A stretch of 64,000 nt of DNA from Dictyostelium discoideum (taxonomy: Eukaryota). Shown piece after piece: positions 13,533-30,579 of the stretch. The notes beneath the pieces were generated by a model. The model made no database searches. It saw only the letters and a list, made by a program, of their open reading frames with translations, and was not told the origin of the DNA. The stretch lies in NCBI GenBank assembly GCA_000004695.1, contig CM000152.2:1728001-1792000 (forward strand). The letters run 5' to 3'. A program made the translations under genes and the position numbers. Numbering within the stretch: position 1 is the first letter of the stretch; every line of letters begins with the position of its first letter.

Positions 13533-13813
13533 ATTAACGATACATATATATACATATTTATATAATTTTATAATTAATAAAAAATAATACGAAAACATAT
13601 AAAATTTATATGATAAATAAATAAAAAATATTTGTAATATATAAAAATTAATTTTCTTTTAATAAAGTTGTTTTAAGTTCTCTTTTGTAAAATTTGTCTT
13701 TTTAAAAAAATTTTTTTTTAAATAAACGCCAATATCTTTTTTTAAAAAATTATAAATAAATTATTTTATTATTATAATTTTTTTATTTTATTTTATTTTA
13801 TTTTATTTTTTTT

Positions 13814-15031
13814 TTAATTATCTTTAATCATTTTTAAAATTTTAAAAAATATTTTCATGTGTTTCTTATAAAGTATTAAAAAATAATTTAAACAAAACCA
13901 AATTGTTAAACGTGGAATTGTAATTGAAATATAATCATTTAAAAATGAAGGAAATATTGAAAGGAATAAAAGTGAAAAAGATTGAATAAAGAAAACTAAT
14001 GTCCAAGTTTCATAATAATATTTTTTAAAAAATAATTTTAATTTTGAATTATATTTTAAACTTGATAAATTAACTTGTTTTCCTTTGATAATTAATTTCT
14101 TTACAGTTAATGGAATTAATCTATGATCTAATTTTATATATCTTTTATTTTTGAAATCACTAAATTCAATGATTTCAACACCAAATGGAATTGAACCATA
14201 ACAAAGATTTGAAGCAATATATTCTCCATTGAAATGATCAATAATTTTCAATTTCTTAACAGATGATGGTATTACATTCTTTTCAATTCTTGTTTCAAAA
14301 CTACAAAATGAAATTGTTAATTTTCTAACTGATGATGGTATAAATCCTGGAATTAATTGCGGTTGAAAATATTTTGGACCCAATACAAGTTTTGTAACTG
14401 ATGATGGTATAAATCCAACTAATAAATTAATATTAAAACAACCATCGATAATTAAGGTTTTAATTGATTTTGGTATATCATTAATAGTTAAATCCATTCT
14501 ATTGAAAAAATTGAATAGTTTTAATTTGGTCACAGTTTGTGGAATTGTATGTGGTTTATTAAAAATACCACCATATTCAATGGATGTTACAGATGGTGGT
14601 AAAAATTCAAATGATTGATTGAAATGATATCCAAATCTTAAAGTTTCGCATGTTGGTGGAATTACACCTTTATCAATTTTAAAATTAAAAAATTGACCAA
14701 CATAAATTGTCTTTACTTTTGGTGGTAATGATCCAATTATCAATGGATATGAAAATACATTACTCAACTTTAATGACCTTACTGAATGTGGTATTGCTCC
14801 AACTGGTATCGATGAATTCTTTAAAAATTTACACTTCTTTATATAATATGAATTCTCTAAACCATTCAATTTGCTACAATCTTCAAAAACTTTAATTTTA
14901 TTCATTGAATATTTTTTAATTTGATGAAAAATTCTAAATCTTAAAAATTTATTTCTCCAAACTTTAAAAAATAATATTTCATTTAAATTATTATTATCAA
15001 TTATTAAATTAATTTTATTATTATTATTCAT
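13814..15031 (-). CDS. FNIP-repeat family protein (Dictyostelium FNIP repeats), 405 aa as a single ORF
   Basis: N-terminus MNNNN...LFFKVWRNKFLRFRIF is typical of FNIP-repeat proteins. Multiple IP(x)SV(T/R)xLxF/FN(Q)xxxxxIP repeat units appear through the body. The hydrophobic C-terminal approximately 70 aa may be 3' read-through or an unrecognised intron. Confidence 0.6.
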   Translation of the reverse strand: MNNNNKINLIIDNNNLNEILFFKVWRNKFLRFRIFHQIKKYSMNKIKVFEDCSKLNGLENSYYIKKCKFLKNSSIPVGAIPHSVRSLKLSNVFSYPLIIGSLPPKVKTIYVGQFFNFKIDKGVIPPTCETLRFGYHFNQSFEFLPPSVTSIEYGGIFNKPHTIPQTVTKLKLFNFFNRMDLTINDIPKSIKTLIIDGCFNINLLVGFIPSSVTKLVLGPKYFQPQLIPGFIPSSVRKLTISFCSFETRIEKNVIPSSVKKLKIIDHFNGEYIASNLCYGSIPFGVEIIEFSDFKNKRYIKLDHRLIPLTVKKLIIKGKQVNLSSLKYNSKLKLFFKKYYYETWTLVFFIQSFSLLFLSIFPSFLNDYISITIPRLTIWFCLNYFLILYKKHMKIFFKILKMIKDN

Positions 15032-15965
15032 TTTTTTTTTTTTTTTTTCTTTTTATTTGAATTAAAATTTTCAATATGATTATTTCATATTCCTTTATTT
15101 AACAATCATATATAATAAAAATAAAAATAAATAAAAAAAAAATAATAATCAAAAAAAAAAAAAAAAAATTATAAAAAAAAGAAAAAAAAAAAAAAAAAGA
15201 AATTTTTTTGTGAATAGGGTTAAAAAAAATTTTTTTTTACCCCCTGCAACTGTATTTTTTTTATTTTTTTCTTTATTTTAAAAAAAAAAAAAAATACAAT
15301 CAAAGTATTGTTTCTATATCTAGTTTAGTGGGGGTTAAATTTTAATCTTAAATAACTTTTTTTTTTTTTTTTTAAAAAATAGGGTTTATGGTTAAAAAAA
15401 AAAAAATTAATCCATAAATAGGCTAACAATATTTTAAGTTAAATTACCACCATTCTGTGGGAAAGCCAAATGTGATGAAAAATGTACAATAAAACCATTG
15501 ACATAATATAATCATGTCAAATAATTACCATGGTAAAAACATAAAATAATAAAATCAATTTTAATATAGCATTATTTTATTTTTTAAAACATTAATTATT
15601 TTTTTTAATTCTTAAAAAGTTATTAAAAAAACATTTAAAATAAAGTAATATAAAAGAAGTTGGATAAAAAAAAATTAAAGTAAATTATTAAAATGTTAAA
15701 TTAATAAATATAATAAATGTTAAATTAATAAATATAATAAAATTATTAAATTTCCAAACTAATTTTTCAATGTTTTTTGATTATCACAGCCAGAGGTAAT
15801 TCAATTTCAAATCTCTTTCAATTTAAATAAAAATATTAAATAGATTTCTTTATAGTTTTAAAAATGTTTATTATTTATTTCTTTTCTTTCCTTTTCTTTT
15901 CTTTATTTAATTAATAATTAACTCTAATAAATATTAAGTAATAGTAGTTTTCTTATTATTATTAT

Positions 15966-16003
<38 letters not shown>

Positions 16004-16008
<5 letters not shown>

Positions 16009-18597
16009 CAAAGTTTAATCTTAATTTTAAAAGATATTTAATTCTACATTGAGAATTATTATAGATTACATATTCATTGGGAGTAAAAAATGTTACAATA
16101 CTACCAGTTTCAATGATGGGACCTTTTAATACTGAAGATGGTATAAATTCATCTTTATCTTGATAGCAACCATTCAATTGGTCATAGAGAGCTGGTTGTC
16201 TTTTACCCAAGGCTTTTGTACTTAGATATCCTAATTGTGGTTCCTCCATGTAGGTATCATGGTATAATGCGGCGCTATTACCCAAAGCAACGTCACAAAT
16301 GGCGATAATAGCGGTTGGATTCTCTTTTGTGGCACCAGTGTATAAACCTGATAAAGAAATGCAATCAGCTAGATAGACACCTTTACCAAGACGATAGCCA
16401 GATTTTGGAGATAATGGTGAGGCGATCTTTAAACCATTTGGAAGAATACTACACCAAGATTGAATTCTACTACCATGGAATAATAACATTCTATTGTGAT
16501 TTGATTCCCATTGAGAAAATTGATCATCACCAATTCTATCAACCTTGAAAACATCCAATACATCGATACTATAACCCAAACTTGGATCAACGGTAGAAAG
16601 TGCAAACTCTTCAATATTACGAAAGAGAAAAGAATCTCTTTCCAATGGTTTAATATCGGCCTTTAAGAGATTATAGTTGTCGTCGGTTGAATTACCACTG
16701 GTGGATGTACTTAATCTTTTCAATTGATTTACGACCTCTATTTCACTTAATGCATCTACCAATCTAATACATTTGACCAAGAGTTCTTTATTATCGATTG
16801 GTGGTATTTTACTCATGAGACCACCCTCGAAACGATGTGGAATATGTGTATAGAATTTTGAAGACTCTGCCATAATTTCACTTTTAATATTGTGTTGGGC
16901 AGTTGGTGACAATGGTTGTAATGGTGATTGTTTTTCAATGGTTTCTAAAAGCTCTTGAATTCTATTCAATACTTCATAGGCTTTATTAATTTGATTCTGT
17001 GATAACTTTCCCAATGGCATCTTTTGTACATCAAATTGAAGTGATGTTAATGATTTCTTCATTAATTCTGAATCAAATAATGTATTTACAAGTGATTGAA
17101 CTGGTTGTAATAATTTTGATGGTTTTGTATTAACTGGTGCAACAATTGGTGCTTCTACTTCATTATCACCACCACTACTAAATTCACCAACATTCTCTTC
17201 TAAATCGATGATTGCATATTTACCATTTTGTTTCTTATATTTACCTCTATCATTCCATTCAATACCAGTTTTATCAGTGAATCTTTCACCAAATTCTTTT
17301 AATGCTTTGTTTAATGATGTATGACTATGTTGCATTGTACCGCCATTACTAACACCAATACGACCCCATTTACAATATACCCAATACGATGTATCACCAG
17401 TTTTAATAATTTGTAAAATATAATATGAATTATTATTATGAATTAAATCAGTTAAATTCATTAAAACATTATATGCAACATAACCATAAACATCATCTTC
17501 TAATACTAAAATTTCACCTTTATTTGCATTACTAAATGATGGATCAACTTTTAATAATGTTGAATTTTTTTTAATTGGTGATTTTTTATAAAAGAAACTA
17601 TTATTATCATCATCATTATTATTATTATTATTATTATTACTACCATTATCTTTTGAATCTGAAATTGATAAAGCTGAAAATGTTGGAATTTCTGTTTCTT
17701 TAGTACTATTTATACCTTCTGTTTCTTTATATTCTAATACTTCATATGGATGAATTTGTGAAAATGTATAACCTTTTTGAGTAAAATAAAAAAATTAATT
17801 AGTATTAAATAAATAATTATTATTATTATTAAAAAAAAAAAAAAAAAAACAAACCTTTAAAGAAAGAAGTTTTTGGCATTAATTCCTTTGGAATTATGAA
17901 ACGATATCTTTTAACCTCTTGACCATGCCAAGTACAACGAGAAAATGAACTTGAGAAACCCCTACAATAATAATTTTTACCATCATATAAAACAGTTAAA
18001 CCATTACAAGATGGACATGGACCAATACGACCATATGATAAACCATCGGCCAAAAAGTGAAGATAATAACTTGGTGATAATGAATCCAATTTTGGATAAA
18101 ATTCTAAAAATAATTTTTTAATAATTGCTGGTTTTAATTCACTAATTAAAATATCTTTAATTCTCCAAACTTCATTATAATACTAAAAATAAAAAATTTT
18201 TAAAAAAAAAAAAAAAAAAAAAAAATTTAGTATATTAATTATTTTTGAAAATTAAAATAAAAAAAAAAAAAATACATACAGTTGATAAAGCTAAATTTAA
18301 TCCATCATCAGTTTGACCTAAAATTTTTCTAATTTTTAATTGATCATCCCATCTTAATAATTCATAATGCTTTAATTGATTAATATAAAAGATTTTTAAC
18401 TTTGGGAAGTCCATACAACTTAAATGGTAATATTTGACATCGTAACCATCGAAAACACGTGACGGTGTCTCTGTTCCAACTCTAATTGTATCCATTCCAA
18501 TTGTTCCTTTACATTTCTTGCAAGATGATCTGGCTGATTTTGAATATTCGACTGTTTGTCTTAACCCTTCATGTGATGTAAATTTCTCTTTTTCCAT
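16004..18597 (-). CDS. Poly(ADP-ribose) polymerase with N-terminal PARP-type zinc finger, WGR, regulatory and catalytic domains, 804 aa; exons (minus) 18597..18280, 18182..17855, 17772..16004
   Basis: Exon 1 encodes the zf-PARP motif (EYSKSARSSCKKCKGTI...FDG...YYHLSC). Donor GTATGT, 97-nt intron. Exon 2 ends in phase 1 before GTTTGT, followed by an 82-nt intron. Exon 3 encodes the WGR region (YILQIIKTGDTSYWVYCKWGRIGV) and the catalytic domain with the H-Y-E triad (LLFHGSR, GKGVYLAD, NEYVIY). Confidence 0.8.
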
Positions 18598-19298
18598 TTC
18601 TTAAAAATATGTGTAAAAGTAAAAATATATAAATATATATATATATATATATAAATGTATTCAAATACAAAAATAATGTTTTAAAGAAAGAAAATAATAA
18701 TTTTTTTTTTTTTTTGTAAGAAAAAAAAAAAAATTGCGCCTTGAAAAAAAAAAAAACAAAATAAAATAAAAAAAAATTAAATTTAAAAAATTGATTTATT
18801 TTCGAGGTAAAAAAGGGTTTCTCCAAAAAAAAAAGAAAAACAAAAAAAAATCTTTTAAAAAAATCTTTTTATAAAAAAGGAAATTCGATATTTTTAAGAT
18901 ATTTTATTTTTATCTTTTGAATTCTAGTAATATTTGGATTTAAATTTTGGATTTCTTATTTTTAATAATTTTTTTTATCTTTTTTATCTTTTTTCACTTT
19001 ACGCAGAAATAAACTTTTATTAACTTTGAAGGATTATTTATTTTTTTTTTTTTTTTATTTTTTTTTTTTTTTTTCATTATCTATGTATTTATTTTGATGA
19101 AGAAATAAACTTTTAAAAAAATAAATATTTATTTTAATATTTTTTAATAAACTTTTTAATATTTTCTTTTAAAATTAAATTGGAAGGATTTTTTTTTTTT
19201 TTTAAGAATCTTTGGTTTATTTTTTTTATTTTTTTTTTTTTAGTCTTGGATTTATTTATTTATTTTTTTATTTATTTTTTTTTGTTTTTTTTTTTTTT

Positions 19299-23183
<3,885 letters not shown>

Positions 23184-23241
23184 TTTTATAACTTTTGTAA
23201 TACGACTAGAATATCAGTATCAACAAATTAAAAAGTTTTTG

Positions 23242-23284
<43 letters not shown>

Positions 23285-23732
23285 TCGTTTTTTTTTTTTT
23301 TCGTTTATGAAATTTTATTTTATTTTAATTTTTTTTATTTTTTTTTTTTTCCATAACATAATCCTATAATTATTTTTTTTTTTATTCCAAAAATTAATTT
23401 ATTAATTATAGGATTTTTTGTCTGATTGAGTTTTTTTTTTTTTAATCTTTTATTTTTTTCTTGATTTAATTAATAATTTTTAACTTGAGTTTTATTTTTA
23501 TTTTATTTTATATAAATTTTGGAATTAAAAATATATTAAATGGGTGGTGGAAAAAAAAAAAAAAAAAAAAAAGAAAGTCAAAAAGAAATAATTATTAATT
23601 ATTATTTTTTTTTTTTTTTTTATATTTTTTTTTTTTTATATTTTTTTTTATTTTTCTTTTTTAAATAAGACAAATTTGGATAATCAAAGGATTGCGATTG
23701 AACCATATTAGCCACCACTCTTTTAAATTAAT

Positions 23733-24215
23733 TTATAATAAAAGTTCGTATTTGACTGGTTTGACTTCAACGAATTCAGTGTTTCTTGGGTTGACAAAGA
23801 AACCGTCCTTTGGTGCAGCTGGGTTACGTCTAACATCGACCCATTTACCGGCTTTCTTGGCTTCAACGACAGCTTTTTTGTTTTCTTGGATACGTTTTAA
23901 GTGAGCAGCCATGGAGTTTGATGGTTTGACGTGTTCAGTTCTGACGTGGATTTTCTTGGCAATGATTCTTGGACCAACACGTTTGTTGATGATGACACCA
24001 ACAGCACGTGGAGTAACATTCCAAACACGACCGGTACGACCGTGGTAGAATTTGTGTGGCATACCTTTGTGTACATTACCGGTGGCTTTGATATCAACGT
24101 AATCACCTAAACGGAAAGTTCTTAAGAAGGTGGTGGTTTGTAAGAGACCATGGTTTCTGAAACCACGAGAGAACAAGTATCTGGTACGAGCACGGAGACC
24201 GAATGAGTGAGGCAT
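23733..24215 (-). CDS. rpl21: 60S ribosomal protein L21e, 160 aa, single exon
   Basis: The translation MPHSFGLRARTRYLFSRGFRNHG...GMPHKFYHGRTGRVWNVT...KRIQENKK matches the eL21 family along its whole length. GC-enriched highly-expressed codon usage (cgt, aag, acc). Confidence 0.9.
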   Translation of the reverse strand: MPHSFGLRARTRYLFSRGFRNHGLLQTTTFLRTFRLGDYVDIKATGNVHKGMPHKFYHGRTGRVWNVTPRAVGVIINKRVGPRIIAKKIHVRTEHVKPSNSMAAHLKRIQENKKAVVEAKKAGKWVDVRRNPAAPKDGFFVNPRNTEFVEVKPVKYELLL

Positions 24216-25570
24216 TTTCTAAAAAAAATAATTATAAATAAATATTAATATAATTATAATTTTTTTTCAAATCATTTGATTTATGCTATCAATTATTTTT
24301 TTTTTTATTTATTTTTTTATTATTATTATTATTGGATGACAAAATTATTGAGGGAGATTTTAGTTGAATTTTAATTTTATCCCTATATAGTTTTGTTGGG
24401 GAAAAAGAGAAATAACATCCAAAAAAAGTATCTAGTTTAACGTTTAAAAATCCTAATTTCCATATTTTTTTTGTTGACCAATATTACTATTATTATTATT
24501 TTATATACCTATAAATTTACTCTTTATTTGATGTTGTGATTGTGGGAAATAAAAAAAAAAAAAACGAATAGAGAAAAAAAAAAAATTTTTTTTGATTTTT
24601 TTTTTTTTTTTTGATTTCGAAAATTTTTTCCGTAAAAAAAAAAAAATAAAAATCAAAGTAAATCTGTAACACTACTAAATTTGTTTGATGCTATTTTTTT
24701 ATTTTATTATCTAATTCTATTTATTTAATGAGCAATACATTTTGATAATTTTAAATTGAATTTGAAATTTTTTTATTATCTTTTTTTTTTTTTTTTTTTT
24801 TTCTTAAAAAAAAAATAATAATTCCTCTTTATTTAATTTCTCCTCTTTAATTAATTGTCATCCATCAAATTTTTATTTTTATTTATTTTTTATTTTTATT
24901 TATTTATTTATTTATTTATTTATTTTATTTATTTATTATTTTTTATTATTATTTTTTTTTTTAATACAACGAAAGTCATATAAAAAAAATTGTATGTTAT
25001 CACATCATACCTTAAAATTTAACTAGAAAAACAGAGAAAAAAGTTTTTTTTTTTTTTTTTTTCACATAGGCCCTCTTTCAAAATTTTTAAAAAAAAAAAA
25101 TTGAGCTTGTGCGGTTCGATTTTTATAATTTTTCATACATAACTTTTACATTCCAATGTAAAATTTTTTTTTTTTTTTTTTTGAAAAATTCAAAAAATAA
25201 AAATAAAAAAATAAAAAAAAATAAAAAATGAAAAAACTATGAGATTGTTTAAATCTAAAATAAAAATTAGATGGTATTCTAATTTTAGATTAAAAACCGA
25301 ATTTAATATTTAATTTTAAATAAAAGCATGATTTTTTTTTATTTTTTTTTTTTTATTTTTTTATTTTTAATAATAATATTTTGGTGGCAGTATTCGACTA
25401 TAAAATATTTAAATATATAATTTAAAATATAAAATTTTTTTTTATTTTTTTTTATTTTTTTTTTATTTTTTTTCAATTCCTTAAAAAAAAATAAAATAAA
25501 AAAAAATATAAAAAAATAAATTAAAAATAAAAATAAAAACAATCAAACTCTTTAGGATTATGTAATTCTT

Positions 25571-26173
25571 TTATTTAAAATGTTTATCAGTAGCTTCTTT
25601 AATTTTATCAAATTCTCTTAGACCTCTATAAGGTTTGGTTTCTCCTTCATCAAAACTATTATAAAAAAAAAAAAAAAGTTAGAAATTTAAAATTTGAATA
25701 AAAAAAAAAAAAAAAATTTAAAGCCAAAACTTACAAAACTAAAGATGGATAACCTGTAATATTATATTTTTTACAAATTGAGTCATCCCCTTCACAATGA
25801 ACTTGCGCCACTTTAATTTTTGAATTTTCAATGTCGCTGTTGTAATGTTGAGCTAGATTTTCAAGTACAGGTTGAAATTTTTTACAATGTCCACTCCATT
25901 TTACACCACTTTTTTAAAATTTATAATTATAAGGTTTTAAATAATTTAATAAATTAAATAATAAATTAAATAATAAATTAATAAATTAATAAATAAAAAA
26001 ATAAATAAAAAATTAACATAATTTAATTCATACAATTTAACTAACCAATTTCCATTTAGGATTAAATCTAAATTATCATTTGTAATAACAATAATTTGGG
26101 AAGGTTGGTTTTGGGAAAAGGCAACACAAAATAATAAAAAAAATAAAATAAATAAAGTAAATATTTTTTTCAT
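25571..26173 (-). CDS. Secreted single-domain PDI/thioredoxin-fold protein with SGHC motif, tandem copy 1, 132 aa; exons (minus) 26173..26034, 25908..25735, 25655..25571
   Basis: Signal peptide MKKIFTLFILFFLLFCVAFS. Thioredoxin/PDI a-domain signature ...FGVKWSGHCKKFQPVLENLAQHY...VAQVHCEGDDSICKKYNITGYPSLVFFDEG...YRG. The first active-site Cys is replaced by Ser (WSGHC rather than WCGHC). Two phase-2 introns (GTATGA and GTAAGT donors). Confidence 0.7.
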
Positions 26174-26248
26174 TCTTTTTAATTTTATTATATTGTTTTT
26201 TTTAGATTTCTAAAATTTTTTTTAAAAAACAAAAGAAAAAACCAAAGG

Positions 26249-26279
<31 letters not shown>

Positions 26280-26599
26280 ATTATTGATACTGTATAAGTT
26301 GTTAAAAAAAGTGAGTCATCTTTTTTTTCTGAAAAAAAAAAAATTATATAAAAAAAAACAATCAACAAAGACAAAAATATTTTGATTTTTTTGAAAATTC
26401 ATAAAATATTTACATCGTTCCAAGTTGTATATATCAGTGTGGTGTGTTTGAAATAATATTTTTTATTTTTTTTTTTTATTTTTTTTTTTATTTTTTTTAT
26501 TTTTTTTTTTTAATTCTTCCAAATTTCAATAAAGAATAATAAATAAATAAAAAAAAAAAAAAAAAAAATATAAGATTATGACCAAAATGAAACAATTCT

Positions 26600-27012
26600 T
26601 TATTTAAAATGTTTATCAATAGCCTCTTTAAAATTTTCAAATTGTCTTGGGCCTGTATAATGTTTGATTTGGCCTTCATTAAAACTATAAAAAAAAAAAA
26701 AAAAAGTTAGAAATTTAAAATTTAAAATATTTGAATAAAAAAAAATATATTAAAAAGTTAAAACTTACAAAACTAAAGATGGATAACCTGTAATATTATA
26801 TTTTTTACAAATTGAGTTATCCTCTTCACAATGAACTTGCGCCACTTTAACTTTTGAATTCTCATTGTCACTGTTGTAATGTTGAGCTAGATTTTCAAGT
26901 ACAGGTTGTAATTTTTTACAATGTAAACTCCATGCTGCACCACTTTTTTAAAAATTTATAATTATAAGATTTTAAATAATTCAATAGATTAAAAATAAAT
27001 TAATTAAAAATT

Positions 27013-27052
<40 letters not shown>

Positions 27053-27268
27053 TAAATAAAATAAATTAATTAATAAAAAAAACAATAAATTAATAAATAA
27101 AAAAATAAATTAAAAATTAACATAAATTAATACATACAATTTAACTAACCAATTTCCGGTTAAGAGTAAATCTAAATTTTCATTTGTAATAACGATTATT
27201 TTGGAAGGTTGGTTTTGGGAAAAAGCAACACAAAATAATAAAAAAAATAAAGTAAATATTTTTTGCAT
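26600..27268 (-). CDS. Secreted PDI/thioredoxin-fold protein with S-x-x-C motif (WSLHC), tandem copy 2, 129 aa; exons (minus) 27268..27138, 26942..26769, 26684..26600
   Basis: Paralog of copy 1 with identical exon structure (exon 2 is 174 nt, exon 3 is 85 nt). MQKIFTLFFLLFCVAFS signal peptide. AAWSLHCKKLQPVLENLAQHYNSDNENSKVKVAQVHCEEDNSICKKYNITGYPSLV. Confidence 0.7.
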
Positions 27269-27343
27269 TGTTTTTAATTTTATTATATTGTTTTTTTTAG
27301 ATTTCTAAAATTTTTTCTAAAAAACAAAAGAAAAAACCAAAGG

Positions 27344-27388
<45 letters not shown>

Positions 27389-27614
27389 ATTATTGATTAA
27401 TACTTTGTAAGTTGTCAGAAAAAGTGAGTCATCTTTTTTTTTTTTTCTGAAAAAAAAAAAAAAAAAAAAAAAAAAACCATAACAAAGAAAAAACTATTTT
27501 TGATTTTTTTGAAACTACATAATATTTACATCGTTCCAAGTTGCATATATCAGTGTGGTGTGTTTGAAATAATATTTTTTATTTTTTTTTTTTTATTTCT
27601 TTATTTTTTTTTTT

Positions 27615-28344
27615 TTAATTCTCCCAAATTTCAATAAAGAGATATGCACTTTCAAATTTATAATAATAAATAAATATTTTTTTTTTAAAAAAAAAATATA
27701 TAAGATTATGACTAAAACGAAACAATTCTTTATTTAAATGTTTATCAATAGCCTCTTTAAAATTTTCAAATAGTCTTGGGCCTCTATAATGTTTGATTTC
27801 GCCTTCATCAAAACTGAAAAAAAAAAAAATATAGAAAAAGTTAAAACTTACAAAACTAAAGATGGATAACCTATAATATTATATTTTATACAAATTGATT
27901 CATACTCTTCACAATGAACTTGCGCCACTTTAACTTTTGAATTCTCATTATCACTGTTGTAATGTTGAGCTAGATTTTCAAGTACAGGTTGTAATTTTTT
28001 ACAATGTCCACTCCATCCTGCACCACTTTTTTAAAAATTTATAATTATAAGGTTTTAAATAATTCAATAAATTAAAATAAATAAAAAAAACAAAAGATTA
28101 ATAAATGAATAAATAATTAAATAATTAAATAAATTAATAAATAAAAAAACAATAAATTAATAAATAAAAAAATAAATTAAAAATTAACATAATTTTAGAC
28201 ATACAATTTAACTAACCAATTTCCGTTTAAGATTAAATCTAAATTATCATTTGTAATAACAATTATATTGGAAGGTTGGTTTTGGGAAAAAGCAACACAA
28301 AGTAACAAAAAAAATAAAATAAATAAAGTAAATATTTTTTTAAT
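27615..28344 (-). pseudogene. Tandem copy 3 of the PDI/thioredoxin-fold gene, apparently degenerate: start codon changed (ATT where copies 1 and 2 have ATG) and a 1-nt deletion in the last codons causes a frameshifted extended tail
   Basis: Exons at 28344..28205, 28025..27852 and 27813..27730 are collinear with copies 1 and 2 (GAGWSGHCKKLQ... conserved). Plus-strand ttatttaaatg at 27730 lacks one a relative to ttatttaaaatg in copies 1 and 2, so HFK-stop becomes HLNKELFRFS... with the stop at 27615. The codon aligned to the initiator reads att. Confidence 0.5.
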
Positions 28345-29139
28345 TGTTTTTAATTTTAATTTATTGTTTTTTAAAAAAAAAAAAAAAGAGAAAAAAAAAA
28401 AAAAAATTATCACTAATACTTCCTTAAAAAATGTTATTCATCTTTTAAGGCACCCCATATTTTACTCATTAAAATACAAAAAAATATAACTAATTTTTGT
28501 TTTTTGAAGTCATATATATATTTACATTGTTCCAAGTTGTTAAGGTGTGGCTGAAATTATTTTTTTTTTTTTTTTTAATTCTCCCAAATTTCAATAATGA
28601 GCGATATACTTTCTGATTTACAATATCAATATTTAAATATTTTTTTTTAAAAGTAAAATAAAATAAAGTAATTTATTTATTTAATATTACTTTTAAAAAA
28701 AATAAAAAAAATTATTTAAATACTTATTCTTTTTTTTTTTGATTTTTTTGATTTTTTTTTTTTTTTAATATTGTTTGGAAAACTGAATAATAATTCTTTT
28801 TTGTGTTTGAGTAGGGAAGAAAAAAAATTCCTTTACTTTATAAAATATTCTTAAATTTAACAAGGCTAGGCCGCCACCTGCTTTAATTAATCCCTAATTA
28901 TTATTTCTCAAATTTTTAAGATAGTTTTTTTTTTCTTTTTTTTTTTTTTAACAAAATTTATTCTAACAAACCCTCAAACATTATAATATAATTTTTTAGT
29001 AAAAAAAATTCAACAATAAACTATTTTAAATCTATTTTTTTTTAACATATATTACAAATAATTTTTTATTTATTGTTTAGTAAACTTTAAAAATCTTTTT
29101 GGTATTTTTTATTTTTATAAAATTATATAAATTTTTAAT

Positions 29140-29267
29140 TTAATTCCATTTTGATTTTGGAATGGCTTGTGGGATTGAAGCCATAGTAGCAATACCACAT
29201 CTATAAAGGTGAAGTTAAAATAAAAATTAAAAAAAATTTAAATAAATGATTAGTTAGTAACTCTATC

Positions 29268-29302
<35 letters not shown>

Positions 29303-30579
29303 TTTTTTTTTTTTTAATATATTATGTGTACTTACTGATTATCCTTATCTTTACTCATTAAAATGTAACCATTAATACCCCAGTCAAGACCCCATGAGTT
29401 TTTAACGATCCAATAGTTACCATCAGTTGGGTAATCACCAGAGTTACTATTACCACCATTTGATGAACCTGAGAATGAACTTGAACCAGAGGCTGAACCT
29501 GAACCAGAGACGGAACCTGAACCTGAACCTGTACCAGCACCAGTGAAACTATTGGAACCTTGAGATTGAGATGATTGTGACCAACTGTTTGAATCTTGTG
29601 ATGATTGAGATTGAGATGATTGTGACCAACTGTTTGAATCTTGTGATTGTGATGATTCTGACCAATTGTTATTTGATGATTGTGATTGAGAACCAGCAGA
29701 TTGTGATTGAGAACCAGATGAACCACTACCGAAACCAACAGCTAAGACACCGTGATCCAATTGAGTTGAAGAGCAAGCTGGTTCATTGTAGATACCAGAT
29801 GAATAAAATTGGAATGATGGTTGAGATGCATCAATAGCAACTGAGGTTGGACCTTGAGTAACTTTGGCAGCTAAATCTGATTCTGAACCAGAGGTAACGT
29901 TAACGTATGATGATAATTCAGCACCAATGTTACTTGGGTTGTATTTACATTTTTCAGTGTTGGCAGTGAATGGGTAACTGCTTTCAGTATCAATACCTCC
30001 GTTATTGATGATGTATTCGAAAGCTAAGGTCATTAAACCACCTTCACAACCGTTGTTACCGTATGAACCTGAACAATCGATTAATTGTTGTTCAGAGACT
30101 GATGTTAAATCTGAATCACCATTGGCAATGTATTGAGCACCTTCAGTGGCACCAGTTGCTGAGAATGACCAACAACCACCACATTCACCTTGATTTTTGA
30201 TTGGGGTGACAGCACCTTTAGCTCTCCAATCGACGGAATTAGCTTGGACACCACCAAATACTTTTTCAGATGGAGTCATTTCGAGTGATGATGCATCGAA
30301 TGGGGTACCTAAATAGGTGGCTCTGTATTCTTCGTTGGTGATATCAGCGAAAACATTTAAACCTAAAACGGTTTCACTACCTTTGGTATTCCATTCATTG
30401 ATGTAATCCATATTGGCTTTGAAGATATTGAAACGACCATTGAACTCTTCTGATGAATAATGTCTTTGGTGAGCAATCATCCAATTGGTGAAAGCATTTC
30501 TGTATTGGAGTTCAGATAATTGTTGTTTAGCAGTGGCAACACTAACTAATAAAACACATAAAGCAGATAAAACTTTCAT
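29140..30579 (-). CDS. Papain-family cysteine proteinase with Ser-rich insertion domain, paralog of the gene at 12048 (cprD/cprE/cprG family), 434 aa; exons (minus) 30579..29336 and 29200..29140
   Basis: N-terminal 280 aa are about 90% identical to the 12048 gene (same signal peptide and same catalytic Cys/His/Asn motifs). The S/Q/N/W-rich insert ([29 protein letters not shown]...) differs in repeat content. Same phase-2 GTAAGT donor after ...KDNQ. A 135-nt intron is followed by a last exon encoding (Q)[19 protein letters not shown]. Confidence 0.85.

Noticed and set aside
25560-28420. Considered whether the three 1-kb direct repeats with unique segments between them could be a CRISPR-like or satellite array
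   Set aside because: Each unit is a spliced protein-coding gene with its own promoter block. The repeats are 1 kb, not 25-50 bp, and the sequence context is eukaryotic.
28861-28886. Short GC-rich island GGCTAGGCCGCCACCTGC downstream of the thioredoxin-like array
   Set aside because: It is too short, is unique in the window, and has no RNA-like structure or repeat partner. It is noted only as a compositional blip.
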